From a virus (taxonomy: Duplodnaviria; Caudoviricetes), in IMG/VR virus record IMGVR_UViG_3300032024_000100, positions 1 through 43,294 of that record: DNA of 43,294 nt, one strand, 5' to 3'. Shown piece by piece: positions 18,091 through 27,078 of the stretch. The stretch's first letter is position 1. Every line of letters starts with the position of its first letter. A program made the position numbers and the translations under genes. Below the pieces are notes generated by a model that worked only from the letters and a program-made list of their open reading frames with translations, ran no database searches and had not been told where the DNA came from.

Positions 18091-18488
18091 AACGGCGCGC
18101 CTTCTGTCGAGGGCGCTGGCGCCGGCGGAACGACCGGGCCCGGCGGGTGAACGTCGCCGGGCTTCTCGACCTTCGCGCGCAAGGCCTCTTCCTTCGCGTC
18201 GGCCTCGACCGCCAGGCGGGTCTTCTCGACGCACTCGCGGCAATGAACCGGCCGCGCGTCACCGTAGAAGATCGCGATCACCGCGCCGCACACGCACGCG
18301 TAGGCCTCGGACACGTTCTCGACGCTCGGCCCGCCGAACCGCCAGGAAACGCCGGCGCGCGCCGCGACCCGCTTCGCTTCCTCGAGGCGCTCCTCGAACG
18401 TCGCGCGCTCCGCCTCGACCTTGTAGAACTCGGCGAGCGCCGCGTAGGCCGCGATCTTCCAGTTCTTCAACGGGCCGGCGCCGCTCAC
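18087..18488 (-). CDS. Hypothetical protein with two Cys pairs
   Basis: GTGA-coupled to the upstream gene; CVCG...CREC. Confidence 0.65.
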   Translation of the reverse strand: MSGAGPLKNWKIAAYAALAEFYKVEAERATFEERLEEAKRVAARAGVSWRFGGPSVENVSEAYACVCGAVIAIFYGDARPVHCRECVEKTRLAVEADAKEEALRAKVEKPGDVHPPGPVVPPAPAPSTEGAPF

Positions 18489-19150
18489 GCTTTCCTCTCG
18501 AAGGTCGAGACCTCGGCGGGAGCCTCGGCCGACGGCTTCGCGTTGTTCGGCGCGTCGTTCGTCAGGCGCGCGATCGCGAGGAGGATCGCGTCGTCGGCGA
18601 CGGTCGCGACCTGGCTTCGGTTGTTCGTGTTCTGGAGAACCTCGAGGGCCGAGGCGATCCGCTTCTCGAGCTCGCGCCGCGCGGCGTTCTCTTTAGTGAC
18701 CGAGATCGTCTGCTTGAAGAGAGCGTCGCGAAGCGCGGCGAGGCGCATCAACGCGTCGGCCGCGCACGCCTCGAAGGCCTCGACGGGGGAAATCGCGGCG
18801 CCTTCCTTCAACTTCTCGAAGCTCCGCTCGCCGAGCTCGCGCTCGAACACGCGAAGCGCGGCGACGATCTTCTCGAGGTCGGCGAACTTCTCGCCGGCGG
18901 CCTCGAGGAGCCTGTCGTCGCTCGTCGAGTCGATCGAGGCGCGGCCGAAGTCGCTCGAGCCGAGGCCGGTCGCCTGGAAGAGACGCCGGCGGAGGCGCTT
19001 GTAACCCTCCTCGAAGATCCCGAGCTTCACCGCGGCCGCGGTGAGCGCGCCGGCGACCTCCTCGAGCGCCTCCGAGGCGATCCCCAGCGAGTAGTTACGG
19101 TGCCCGGTCATCGGGTTTCGATAGGTGGAATCGTGATCCGTGTGTGCCAT
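18485..19150 (-). CDS. Hypothetical helical protein (221 aa)
   Basis: GAACGGAGAG RBS and promoter upstream. Confidence 0.75.
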   Translation of the reverse strand: MAHTDHDSTYRNPMTGHRNYSLGIASEALEEVAGALTAAAVKLGIFEEGYKRLRRRLFQATGLGSSDFGRASIDSTSDDRLLEAAGEKFADLEKIVAALRVFERELGERSFEKLKEGAAISPVEAFEACAADALMRLAALRDALFKQTISVTKENAARRELEKRIASALEVLQNTNNRSQVATVADDAILLAIARLTNDAPNNAKPSAEAPAEVSTFERKA

Positions 19151-19191
19151 CGGTCTTCTCTCCGTTCATGCCGGCGAAATGCCGGCGGTCC

Positions 19192-19221
19192 ACAGTACGC
19201 GCGGCCGCGCCGGAGTGTCAA
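19192..19221 (-). promoter_or_regulatory. Sigma70-like promoter
   Basis: TTGACA-N18-TACTGT. Confidence 0.65.
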
Positions 19222-19229
19222 GCAATAGA

Positions 19230-19268
19230 CAAGGGAAAGCCCGGCCGCCAGGGGGAGGCGACCGGGCT
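19230..19268 (-). terminator. Intrinsic terminator
   Basis: Minus strand AGCCCGGTCGCC-TCCCCCT-GGCGGCCGGGCT then TTCCCTTG. Confidence 0.65.
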
Positions 19269-19286
19269 CTCGACCGACCTACAACG

Positions 19287-19778
19287 TCACCACTTGTAGA
19301 AGGCTTCCTCCGGTCGGAGGTCTTCGAGCTCGTCGGCGAACCTCGAGCCGGCGACGTCGGTCGAGGTGCGGAGCGCGGCGATCAGGGCCGGCCGCGTGAT
19401 GTTCGGGACGAGCTTCGCCAGAGCTCGATCGGTGCTTCGGTCGACGATCATCCGGAGGTTCTTCTCGGTGATCAGAACGAGGCGCGCGCCGCTCGGATCG
19501 GCGAGCTCGCGCTCTCTGACGTCGACGCTCCGACGAACGAACTCGGCGATCTCACCCGAGAGGTAGGAGCGGTGACTCCGCTCATGCGCGGCCTCTCCCT
19601 CGGCGCCGGCGACCTGGCTCACCGCTTCCTGAAGAGCTCGGCCCATGCGGATCAACTCCTCGCCCTGGCCCGCGCTCACCCGGAGGATCTCCCCGTGCGC
19701 GGACCTCGAGGCCTCGAGCTCTTTCGTGATGCGGTCGATCTCTCGATCCGCGGCCGCTTCGATCTTGCCTTCGTTCAT
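19287..19778 (-). CDS. Hypothetical coiled-coil protein
   Basis: ATGA-coupled start MNEGKIEAAAD; SD AAAGG. Confidence 0.65.
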   Translation of the reverse strand: MNEGKIEAAADREIDRITKELEASRSAHGEILRVSAGQGEELIRMGRALQEAVSQVAGAEGEAAHERSHRSYLSGEIAEFVRRSVDVRERELADPSGARLVLITEKNLRMIVDRSTDRALAKLVPNITRPALIAALRTSTDVAGSRFADELEDLRPEEAFYKW

Positions 19779-20020
19779 CGGGTGCCTTTCTTGATCCGGG
19801 CAACGAGCCGGCGCTTGAACTCGCCGAGCCCGACCCGGGTCCCTTCGGGGAACGACTGAAGAACCTCGCCGGCGAAGCACTCGTCGTCGAGCTCACGGAA
19901 GAGCTTCTCGAGGGAGAGGATCCGGTCGGTCGCGACCTTCGCGGCCGTGAGGAGGTCGACGGCGCCGGAGCTCCGCGCCTCGAGAATGAACGCCAGCTGC
20001 TCTCGCGCGATCGCGTTCAC
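19775..20020 (-). CDS. Hypothetical protein (81 aa)
   Basis: GTGA-coupled start VNAIAREQLAF. Confidence 0.6.
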   Translation of the reverse strand: MNAIAREQLAFILEARSSGAVDLLTAAKVATDRILSLEKLFRELDDECFAGEVLQSFPEGTRVGLGEFKRRLVARIKKGTR

Positions 20021-20355
20021 CGCTTGCTCGCTTTCGCCTCGGCCGCGAGGAGGTGATCGCCGATCCGGGTCAACGCCTCGAGAACGTCGAGGACTTGAAC
20101 GACGGTGAGCGCGGGCCGGCCGTGCGGCTTCGGAAGCAAGTCCTGAACGAGGAGCGCGATCGTCCGGGGCTTGAGACCGCCGCACAGGAGAGCGTTCGAG
20201 GCGCCGAGAACGAGGAGGACGTCGGCGTTCAACACTTGGCCCACCTCGAGCGACTCTTTGAAGGCCTTCGCGACCGAGCCGCCGGAGTCAAGCCAGCGCT
20301 CGACCCGCTCGAGGTTCTCCGGGTTCACCACCTCCGCTTTCTTGAGCGCCCTCAC
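20017..20355 (-). CDS. Hypothetical protein (112 aa)
   Basis: GTGA-coupled start VRALKKAEVVNP. Confidence 0.6.
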   Translation of the reverse strand: MRALKKAEVVNPENLERVERWLDSGGSVAKAFKESLEVGQVLNADVLLVLGASNALLCGGLKPRTIALLVQDLLPKPHGRPALTVVQVLDVLEALTRIGDHLLAAEAKASKR

Positions 20356-20747
20356 CGCGACCGCCGGCGCTTCGAGGTGCCGTCGACGAGCTCGGCCGGC
20401 GGGCCTCCCGCGGCGCGCGGGCTCGTCACGTAGAACTCGAGGCCCTCGCGAACGAAGTCGGCCTCGATCATCCCGCGGCGCTTCACGAGCTTCTCGATCG
20501 CCTTCACGAGGGCCGGCGCGCACGTGGCGCGCATTTCCCGAGCTCCGGGGACCGAGAGCAGCGAAGGGGAGGCCTTCTCACCGGCGCGGAGCTTCCCGAC
20601 ACCCTTCGCGACCCGGCGCTCTCGCTGGTAGCAGGTCGGACAGTGATCCTTCGCGCCGGTCCCGGTCGCGTACTTCCGGCCGCAACCTGGCGCCTTGCAG
20701 GTCTTCAACGTCGCCGCGGCAACGGCCGCTGTCTTGAGCTTCTCCAT
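20352..20747 (-). CDS. Zn-finger plus ribbon-helix-helix putative transcription regulator
   Basis: CKAPGC...HCPTCYQR followed by MRATCAPALVKAIEKLVKRRGMIEADFVREGLEFYV (CopG/Arc-like); SD AGGAGG. Confidence 0.7.
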   Translation of the reverse strand: MEKLKTAAVAAATLKTCKAPGCGRKYATGTGAKDHCPTCYQRERRVAKGVGKLRAGEKASPSLLSVPGAREMRATCAPALVKAIEKLVKRRGMIEADFVREGLEFYVTSPRAAGGPPAELVDGTSKRRRSR

Positions 20748-20876
20748 CGGTGCTTCCTCCTGAGGTGCGAGGTCGGCCCGGTCCCTCGTCGACTTCACGG
20801 CGGGTGGGCGTAGCGTTGTCGTTCATCGTTGCGATCTCCGTTCGGTGTACTTCGTATGACGCGCGGCCGCGTCGTG

Positions 20877-21431
20877 TCAACGCTTCTCGAGGGGGTCGAC
20901 CGCGACGCCGTTCACCACTTCGCGCGCCATGGTCGAGCCGCACGCGACGCAGTTCCGGAGCTCGAGAACGAAGGGGCGGCCGTCGTCGTCGAAGGTCGGC
21001 TGCTGGCTCCCGTTCGCCGGCGCGGGGAGATCCTTGTAGGAACCCGCGAAGTAGGTCCGGCCGCACGAACACGCGACGACGCCGGCGGGATTGCTGAAAG
21101 CCGGCGCGCGGGCCCAGGCGATCCTCTGCTCTTCGTGCCAGCGGGACTTCGCCGCGCGCTCGGCCGCGGCCTCGAACGCGCGCTGCCCGGCGCCGAGTCT
21201 GTCGGTCTCGTCGAGCTTCGCGATCCGGTGAACGGTCCGACACGAGAAGCACGCCGGGCCGACGAGGGCCTCGAGATCCTTCTCCTCGACGAGTTCCGCC
21301 GGCGAGCCGACGACCTTCGCGCACGTGCGGCAGATCGGGAGCCCCTTCTCGGTCGCGTCGGCGACCCGGCGATCATGCTCCGCGCCGGCCACGAGGAGCG
21401 CCTCGAAGTGCTGAGGGCCGAAGTTGCTCAC
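20877..21431 (-). CDS. Cys-rich hypothetical protein (four Cys pairs)
   Basis: CRTC, CFSC, CSCG, CVACGST; GTGA-coupled. Confidence 0.7.
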   Translation of the reverse strand: MSNFGPQHFEALLVAGAEHDRRVADATEKGLPICRTCAKVVGSPAELVEEKDLEALVGPACFSCRTVHRIAKLDETDRLGAGQRAFEAAAERAAKSRWHEEQRIAWARAPAFSNPAGVVACSCGRTYFAGSYKDLPAPANGSQQPTFDDDGRPFVLELRNCVACGSTMAREVVNGVAVDPLEKR

Positions 21432-21769
21432 CGGCTCATCCTCGAGGCCGCGGCCGCCATCGCGCCGGCCGTCGAGATCTCCGACTCGTGACACCCGAGG
21501 AGGTGACGGAACTCGAGGAGGAACCCGTAGGCCAGCTGTTCCGACGCGGCGAGGCCCTCGCGCGGCCGCTTCTCGTCGAGCTCGGCGATCGCGACCGTAA
21601 CGGCGTCGGCGAACGCCGCGTGCTCTTCGGCGCCGGTGATCTGGAGTCGGCCGAAGTCGCCGGCCGCGACATGGAAGTCGAGACCCGAATTACGGAAGAC
21701 GAGCCCCTCGAGAACGAAGCCCTCCGCTTGATTGTCGGCCGTGATCGTCGTCGTGCGTGCGAGCTTCAT
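21428..21769 (-). CDS. Hypothetical protein (113 aa)
   Basis: GAACGGAGAG RBS 5 nt before ATG. Confidence 0.7.
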   Translation of the reverse strand: MKLARTTTITADNQAEGFVLEGLVFRNSGLDFHVAAGDFGRLQITGAEEHAAFADAVTVAIAELDEKRPREGLAASEQLAYGFLLEFRHLLGCHESEISTAGAMAAAASRMSR

Positions 21770-21807
21770 TGGTCTCTCCGTTCGCGGCTGGAATGCCGGT
21801 CCCTCCG

Positions 21808-21876
21808 ACTATACCGCCGGCGCGGCGTGCGTCAAGCGTACTTGCCTCGACAACGCGCGCGGCGCTCGGATAGGGT
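21808..21876. promoter_or_regulatory. Divergent promoter pair
   Basis: Minus strand: TTGACG-N16-TATAGT (21835-21808); plus strand: TCGACA-N18-TAGGGT (ending 21876). Confidence 0.65.
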
Positions 21877-21883
21877 CTTGCGC

Positions 21884-22261
21884 ATGAACCGAACCTACAT
21901 CCGAGGTTTCTCCGTGAAGTACGACGCGAAGGGCTTCGAGCTCGAGGCCGGCGCCCCCGAGGAGGTGCGCGTCGAGGCCGAGAAGCTCTACGGCGTCGCG
22001 AAGCCGCCGGCCGTGATCATCCCGCCGGCTCCGACCCCTTCGCCTCCCCGGGGCCAGACCGCGGCGGAGTTCGAAGCGGCGGAACTCGCCGAGCTCGAGA
22101 AGCTCACCCGGCCCGACCCGGCTCCGGCGGTTCCTCCTGTCGAGGCGCCTCCCGCTCCGGTCACCGTCGAGATCCCCGCGGTCGTCGTGCCGCCGGCGGA
22201 TCCCGTCGTCGAGAGCGCGCCGGCCGTTGCTCCGGTCGCGCCCTCGACCCCCGAGGCCTGA
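21884..22261 (+). CDS. Hypothetical protein with a Pro/Ala/Glu/Val low-complexity tail, probably leaderless
   Basis: TAGGGT-N7-ATG; lone + strand gene inside the - strand block; good codon bias. Confidence 0.7.
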   Translation: MNRTYIRGFSVKYDAKGFELEAGAPEEVRVEAEKLYGVAKPPAVIIPPAPTPSPPRGQTAAEFEAAELAELEKLTRPDPAPAVPPVEAPPAPVTVEIPAVVVPPADPVVESAPAVAPVAPSTPEA

Positions 22262-22262
22262 G

Positions 22263-23390
22263 CTACTTCTTTCCCTTCGCTTTCTTCTCCGCCTCGAGCT
22301 CCTCGTCGGTCGGTTCCCGGCCGGCGCTCTCTTGCTCGAGGCCGTCGAGGAGGTTCGCCTGGCGCGGGTCGGCTTCGGTCGCGGCCTCACGCTCGAGGCC
22401 CTCGAGGATCGCGTCGCCGGCGCCGGGCTCCTCGAAGCCGGTCGCCTCCGGCATCGCGGAGAGCAGCTGGTGCGCGCGGCTCGTTCCCTTCGTTCGAGTC
22501 GGAGAGCCGACCGCGTTCACCTCGATCTCTTCGGGCTCCGCCTCGGCCGCGTCGTCGATCTCGAGAGCTCGCGCGAAGAGCCCCTTCCGCGGCGCGAGCT
22601 TCGAGAGCCGCTTCACGCCGGTCTTCTTCCACATTTCGGATTCCCACGTGACCCAGGGGCCGTTCGAGCTCGCGCGGCTCGAGGCCTTGATCTTCAAGAC
22701 CTCCGCGCGCGTGAGGTACACCCACTGCACGACGAACCCCTGAGGCACCGACGGCGCGGGGATCTTGCACGAGGCCCACGCGTAGATCATGTCCTTGTCT
22801 TGCTGGGTGTGACCTGGCGGGAGCGGCTTCACGACGAGGCGATCCTCGGAGCCCTCGAGCATTTCGAACTCATGCCGGAGGATCTTCCCGCCGACCTCGA
22901 CCGGCCCGTAGATCACGCCGGCGGAGATCGAGAGCACCGATCCCGACTCGCGCGCCAGGTGAGCCAGGCCCTTGTAGTCGGGGATCAGTTTCGCCTCGTA
23001 GAACTCGGGGACCTTGTAGAGCGCCGCTTTCTTCGTGTTCTGGAAAGGAACGAGGTGGGCCATACCCATCGTGCTCGAGGGCAACAGGCCGAGCTCGGCC
23101 GCGTCCGACAACGCGAGCGCGAGCGACTCGGTAGAGCACGCGGCGATCATCGGGGTCTTCGAGATCGCGGCGAGAACGATCTCGACCATCTGATCGAGGT
23201 TCAACCGCCCCTGGCTCAACCGCTTGAGCCGGGCCTGGCGCTCCGGCGCCACGATGAACTCGCGGAACGCTTGCGACTTGATCGCGCGGTTCTTCGGGTT
23301 CTTCTCGTAGTCGTAGGCGACGAGCCACTTCGCCTTCTCGGTCTTCTTCGCATCGGTCTTCGTGCCTTCGGGCTTCGCTTCGTTCGTCAT
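22263..23390 (-). CDS. recT: RecT-family single-strand annealing protein
   Basis: CSTESLALAL..AAELGL.P...AHLVPF, IPDYKGL, GPWVTWESEMWKKTGVKRLSK.AP motifs. Confidence 0.93.
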   Translation of the reverse strand: MTNEAKPEGTKTDAKKTEKAKWLVAYDYEKNPKNRAIKSQAFREFIVAPERQARLKRLSQGRLNLDQMVEIVLAAISKTPMIAACSTESLALALSDAAELGLLPSSTMGMAHLVPFQNTKKAALYKVPEFYEAKLIPDYKGLAHLARESGSVLSISAGVIYGPVEVGGKILRHEFEMLEGSEDRLVVKPLPPGHTQQDKDMIYAWASCKIPAPSVPQGFVVQWVYLTRAEVLKIKASSRASSNGPWVTWESEMWKKTGVKRLSKLAPRKGLFARALEIDDAAEAEPEEIEVNAVGSPTRTKGTSRAHQLLSAMPEATGFEEPGAGDAILEGLEREAATEADPRQANLLDGLEQESAGREPTDEELEAEKKAKGKK

Positions 23391-23409
23391 GGTGGGTGCT
23401 CTCCGTTCA

Positions 23410-24510
23410 CTACTTCAGTTTGTTCAACTTCGACGACCATCGCAGGACGCGTTTCCCGTTGGCGGGCTTCGAATCCTCCGCGGCTTGCTCTAACACTTCC
23501 TCGACGTTCCAGCCGCCTTCGATGCGCGCGGCCGCGGCCTCCGCGATCAACCGCGCGGCGCTCTTCCATTTCGCCGACGCCTTGTCGTTCGCGAGGGCAA
23601 CACAACCCGAGAGCCCGCGCACGACGAGGCCCGCGCGATCGCCGATGTGATCGCGGAGCCAGTTCCCGAGCTCCTTCTCCTCTTTCTTGAGCGGCGCCGC
23701 GAGTCGCTTCACCTCGAGCCAGCGGCCGACCTTCGTCTCTTCGTCGGCTCCGCCGTCGAGGTACGCGCCGGCGACGGCCGCCGGGTACTTCTCGCGGAGC
23801 CAGGCGCGCGCCTTCTCGGAGTCGCCGGGCTCCGGAGGCACGCCGGGCTCGACGTGATGCTTCCAGAGCGCGGCCGCGCGCTCGATCGTCTGGACGAAGA
23901 GCACCGATGAGTAGGGGATCACGTAGATCGACAACTGCAAGCGACCGTCGAGCCGCGCCACGTAGGCGCGCTCGAGATCGATCGACTCGCGCCGGAGCTC
24001 ACCGCCGAGGCCCGGAACGACGATCGGGCTCTTCGTGTAGCGGAGGCAACCCAGCTGTGTGTTCACCTGCAGAAGCACCTTGAAGGGAACGGCGTCGGTC
24101 CCTGGCTCCCCCCAATCCCCGCCGATCGCCGTCTTGATCTCGAGGAGCACGTTCAACGGGTGCCACTGGTAAACGAAGTCAGGGGTCGCGCCGAGGTGCG
24201 CGGTCGGAACGACGATCGGCCGGAGCACCTTCAACGGCGCGGCCGCGCTTGCGTCGCCGGCGATCTTCGCGGCCGCCAGGCGCGCGACCGGGAGCTCGAG
24301 CTCGTTCCCCCGGAGCATCGCGAGATCCTCGTCGGTGAGGTGCGCCGGCTCCTCGAAGTCCTCGTCTTCCTCGTCGTCGGTCTCCGGTCGGCCGCACACG
24401 TCCGGCCGCTTCTCCGCGAAGAGCTCCCACAACGAGCCGAGGCCGAACAAGTGATGCACCTCCGACGCGCCGATCCACGCGCGCCGCTCCTCGAGTTCCG
24501 CCGGCGTCAC
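23410..24510 (-). CDS. YqaJ-like viral recombinase (lambda-exonuclease family)
   Basis: RRAWIGASEV, RGNELE, GATPDF, LLEIKTA, Q...QL motifs; adjacent to recT. Confidence 0.92.
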   Translation of the reverse strand: MTPAELEERRAWIGASEVHHLFGLGSLWELFAEKRPDVCGRPETDDEEDEDFEEPAHLTDEDLAMLRGNELELPVARLAAAKIAGDASAAAPLKVLRPIVVPTAHLGATPDFVYQWHPLNVLLEIKTAIGGDWGEPGTDAVPFKVLLQVNTQLGCLRYTKSPIVVPGLGGELRRESIDLERAYVARLDGRLQLSIYVIPYSSVLFVQTIERAAALWKHHVEPGVPPEPGDSEKARAWLREKYPAAVAGAYLDGGADEETKVGRWLEVKRLAAPLKKEEKELGNWLRDHIGDRAGLVVRGLSGCVALANDKASAKWKSAARLIAEAAAARIEGGWNVEEVLEQAAEDSKPANGKRVLRWSSKLNKLK

Positions 24511-24767
24511 GAGCGCCAGTCCTTCACGCGGAGATCCGTCGCGTTCTCGAAGAGCGAACGCCGCGGCGTCATTCCGGAGTTGTCGCAATTGTTCTCGACG
24601 AAGCGGAGGAACTCCCGACGAAGCACCCGGAGGCGCTTCCGGAGATCTCGGGTCTCCTCGATCCGCCGCGACTTCAGCCGGAGCTCCGCGGCGAGTTCGC
24701 CCGCTTGCGCGTTCGCCTCCTCGAAGGCCGCGCCGAGCGCGACCCGTTGCTTCCTGTTCAATCCCAT
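24507..24767 (-). CDS. Small basic helical protein, first gene of the recombination operon
   Basis: GAACGGAGAGACAC-ATG; GTGA-coupled to the YqaJ gene; TTGACA at 24832-24827. Confidence 0.7.
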   Translation of the reverse strand: MGLNRKQRVALGAAFEEANAQAGELAAELRLKSRRIEETRDLRKRLRVLRREFLRFVENNCDNSGMTPRRSLFENATDLRVKDWRS

Positions 24768-24834
24768 GTGTCTCTCCGTTCGCGCGTGAAGTCGCGCGGC
24801 CGCAAGACGCCATGACGCGCGGCGCGTGTCAAGT

Positions 24835-25224
24835 CTAGCGGTGAAGTTTCGAGAGCCGGCGCGCGTAGGTCTCGTTCGCCTTCCGGATCCCGGACTCGCC
24901 GAGCTTCTCTTCGATCTTCCGCTTCACCGCGTCGGCGTCGGCGAACGCCGCAACCCACGAGCGGCCGCGGCCGAGCGCGACGAAGACCTTGTCACTCTTC
25001 GGGCGGAACCCTTTCTTCACGAGCTCGACGATCCGAACGATCCCGACTTGCGCGGCTTGTCCCGCGGCGCGCTCCGCCGGCATGCCGGTCTCGACCGCTT
25101 GCGCATCCTGGCCCCAGCGGCGCTTCGCCTCCGCGGTCGCGGCCGCGTGAGCTCGAGCGTTTTCGTCTGGCGTGAGTTCGTCGAGGTGCCGCGGCTCGAG
25201 ATCGATCGGAGGGTTCGCGCTCAT
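24835..25224 (-). CDS. Hypothetical phage protein
   Basis: EAKRRWG...LGRGRSWVAAFADAD; good codon bias. Confidence 0.65.
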   Translation of the reverse strand: MSANPPIDLEPRHLDELTPDENARAHAAATAEAKRRWGQDAQAVETGMPAERAAGQAAQVGIVRIVELVKKGFRPKSDKVFVALGRGRSWVAAFADADAVKRKIEEKLGESGIRKANETYARRLSKLHR

Positions 25225-25244
25225 AGCCGAGCACCTTCTCACAC

Positions 25245-25273
25245 TTGACGCCATACCGCGAAGCGGTCATGGT
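25245..25273 (+). promoter_or_regulatory. Promoter for the replication operon
   Basis: TTGACG-N17-CATGGT. Confidence 0.55.
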
Positions 25274-25421
25274 CCTTTCCGCTTTTCGCTACGCAGTCAC
25301 ACGAACCGACTTCAGGCGATCCACCACTCGCCGGCCTCTTTCGATCTCGCGGTTCCCGTCCCGGAACCCGCTCCCCTGGCGCGCGTGGTGGCGCGCGGGG
25401 GAGGTTGTTCGAGGGGGATCG

Positions 25422-26219
25422 TTGCACCTGCCATGGACGCAGATCGAGAACGAAGCGGTCGAGGAAGCGGAAGCCCTCGCGCGGCTCGTAGGCCTCGACC
25501 CCCTCGCCGGGGTCGGCCTCGTCGTCAAACTTCACAGGTGGGCCCTCCGGCGAGCTCCAGACGGCGACTTCGAAGGCCTCGTCGGTGACCCGGACCCCGG
25601 CGAACTGATCGCCGCGGAGGTCGGCCTGGCGGTCGACGGCGGGAAGCTCTGGCGCGCGCTCGTTCGGTGCGGCTTCGCCGGCGGTGAAGGCCTCGAGGGA
25701 AGGATCCGCGGCCTCCCCAGGTACGAAGCGGCCTGGCTCCGCAACCGTCGATCGGGACACGGGAAAGACCCGGCCCGCGGTGTTCCCGCGCGGGTCCCGC
25801 CGGGTTCCCGCGGTGATCCCACGTCGTCAGACGCAGACGCAGACGCAGACGCAGATCGACGAGGATCTATGTCCTCACCTCCTGAGAAGGATCGCGAGGA
25901 CAAAAACGAGAAGGGTTCTCCACAGAAAACCCCACACCCTGTGGAGAACCTCGATCGCGCGCGCTCGTTCCTGGCCTTCGCGCGCGAGCTCGACGAGCCG
26001 GCCTTTGGTGACCCCGGCCCTCAAGTGCTCAAGTGGGCCCGCTACCAGTTCGCGAAGCACCCGACCGAGACCGACGACAAGGCGATGCGCCTCGCCTTCC
26101 GGCGCTTCGTTCTTTGGTGCGGAATGGAGAAGAAAAAAGCCGGCTGGGGTCTCTGGCTCATGGAGAAGGTTTGGTCGACACGCTTCGACGACGCGCGCGC
26201 GGAGCTTCGCGCCGCTTGA
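25422..26219 (+). CDS. Putative replication initiator (start uncertain; TTG 25422 chosen)
   Basis: N-terminal LPWTQIE...GLVVKLHRWAL...ALVRCGF winged-helix-like region, repeat-rich linker (DADADADAD), helical C-domain; SD GAGGGG. Confidence 0.7.
   Translation: MHLPWTQIENEAVEEAEALARLVGLDPLAGVGLVVKLHRWALRRAPDGDFEGLVGDPDPGELIAAEVGLAVDGGKLWRALVRCGFAGGEGLEGRIRGLPRYEAAWLRNRRSGHGKDPARGVPARVPPGSRGDPTSSDADADADADRRGSMSSPPEKDREDKNEKGSPQKTPHPVENLDRARSFLAFARELDEPAFGDPGPQVLKWARYQFAKHPTETDDKAMRLAFRRFVLWCGMEKKKAGWGLWLMEKVWSTRFDDARAELRAA
25774..25856. repeat. Iteron-like tandem repeats, candidate replication origin
   Basis: Four 11-bp units CCCGCGGTGTT/CCCGCGCGGGT/CCCGCCGGGTT/CCCGCGGTGAT (25774-25817), then (CAGACG)x4 (25828-25851), then an A-rich tract near 25895-25930. 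Confidence 0.7.
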
Positions 26220-26245
26220 CACTCGCCGCGCGCACATGACACCTT
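26216..26245 (+). promoter_or_regulatory. Sigma70-like promoter overlapping the initiator stop codon
   Basis: TTGACA-N18-CACCTT. Confidence 0.6.
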
Positions 26246-26278
26246 GCGCCGGCTTCACGAAGAACGGAGAGGGATCGA

Positions 26279-26779
26279 ATGAAGGTGAACGAAGAGAACC
26301 TGCGCGGGGCGTATGCGTTCGCGCGTGAGCTCCTCGGCTGGGGTCCCGGCCGCGAAGATCTCGCCGACGTCGACGGGACGATCGTCGCGCTCGGCCGTGA
26401 GCTCGAGACCCTCCGCCGGGAGCGCGCCGGGTTCGTCGACAAGCTTACGACGCAAGGCACCGCGGCGAAGCTCCGGATCGAGGCCCTCTCCCTCGAGGTC
26501 GAGCGGCTCCGCGCCGGCGGGGGGATCGTCCCGCTCGTCGCCGACGTCTCGGTTCGCCTGAAGTCTCCGGCGGAATGGGGGCTGCCGATCCACGACGTGT
26601 ACGCACATCGTTACGTTGACCGCGCCGTCTCCGACCGTCGAGGCCCCGAGGCCGTCGAGGAAGCCGCGTACCGAGAGCACGCCGAGCGCTTCCCTTCTCA
26701 CGGTCCGACGCCGACGAAGTGTGCGCTGTGTGGGCACTTCAACCGGGAGCGTTGCGGTCATTGGGTGGGCCGACTGTGA
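26279..26779 (+). CDS. Hypothetical protein (coiled coil, C-terminal CxxC)
   Basis: GAACGGAGAGG RBS; operon leader. Confidence 0.7.
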   Translation: MKVNEENLRGAYAFARELLGWGPGREDLADVDGTIVALGRELETLRRERAGFVDKLTTQGTAAKLRIEALSLEVERLRAGGGIVPLVADVSVRLKSPAEWGLPIHDVYAHRYVDRAVSDRRGPEAVEEAAYREHAERFPSHGPTPTKCALCGHFNRERCGHWVGRL

Positions 26780-27078
26780 TCGACCCCACCGACGGCCGCT
26801 TCGCCTACTCCCTCCGCTACGCGTTGAAGCGCGCGGCCGCGGGCCTGAAGACTCGCGACCGACACGGCCGCACCTACCGACTCACGGTGAAGCTCGCCGC
26901 GGAGTTCACCGAGCGTCTCTTCGAGGAGCTCACGCGCGAGGCGCGCATGGGATCGATCCGTCTCGCCGGCGGGACCTTCAAGATCGCGAAGCGCAAGCCG
27001 CGGCACGCGGTTCTCGGCGGGAAGCCGCTCGAGCTCCCCGCAACAAAGCGCGCCATGTGGAGAGGGCCGCGCCTGTGA
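26776..27078 (+). CDS. HU/IHF-like DNA-binding protein
   Basis: GSIRLAGGTFKIAKRKPRHAVLGGKPLELPATKRAMWR matches the HU arm motif. Confidence 0.75.
   Translation: MIDPTDGRFAYSLRYALKRAAAGLKTRDRHGRTYRLTVKLAAEFTERLFEELTREARMGSIRLAGGTFKIAKRKPRHAVLGGKPLELPATKRAMWRGPRL

Noticed and set aside
25774-25856. Repeats as a CRISPR array or DGR element
   Set aside because: Units are 6 and 11 bp with no spacers, and there is no cas or reverse transcriptase gene in the genome.
25684-26328. QTQTQTQ-containing ORF as a second overlapping gene
   Set aside because: It is the alternate reading of the CAGACG repeat; the rest is Arg/Ser-rich noise, while the DADAD frame has coherent domains.
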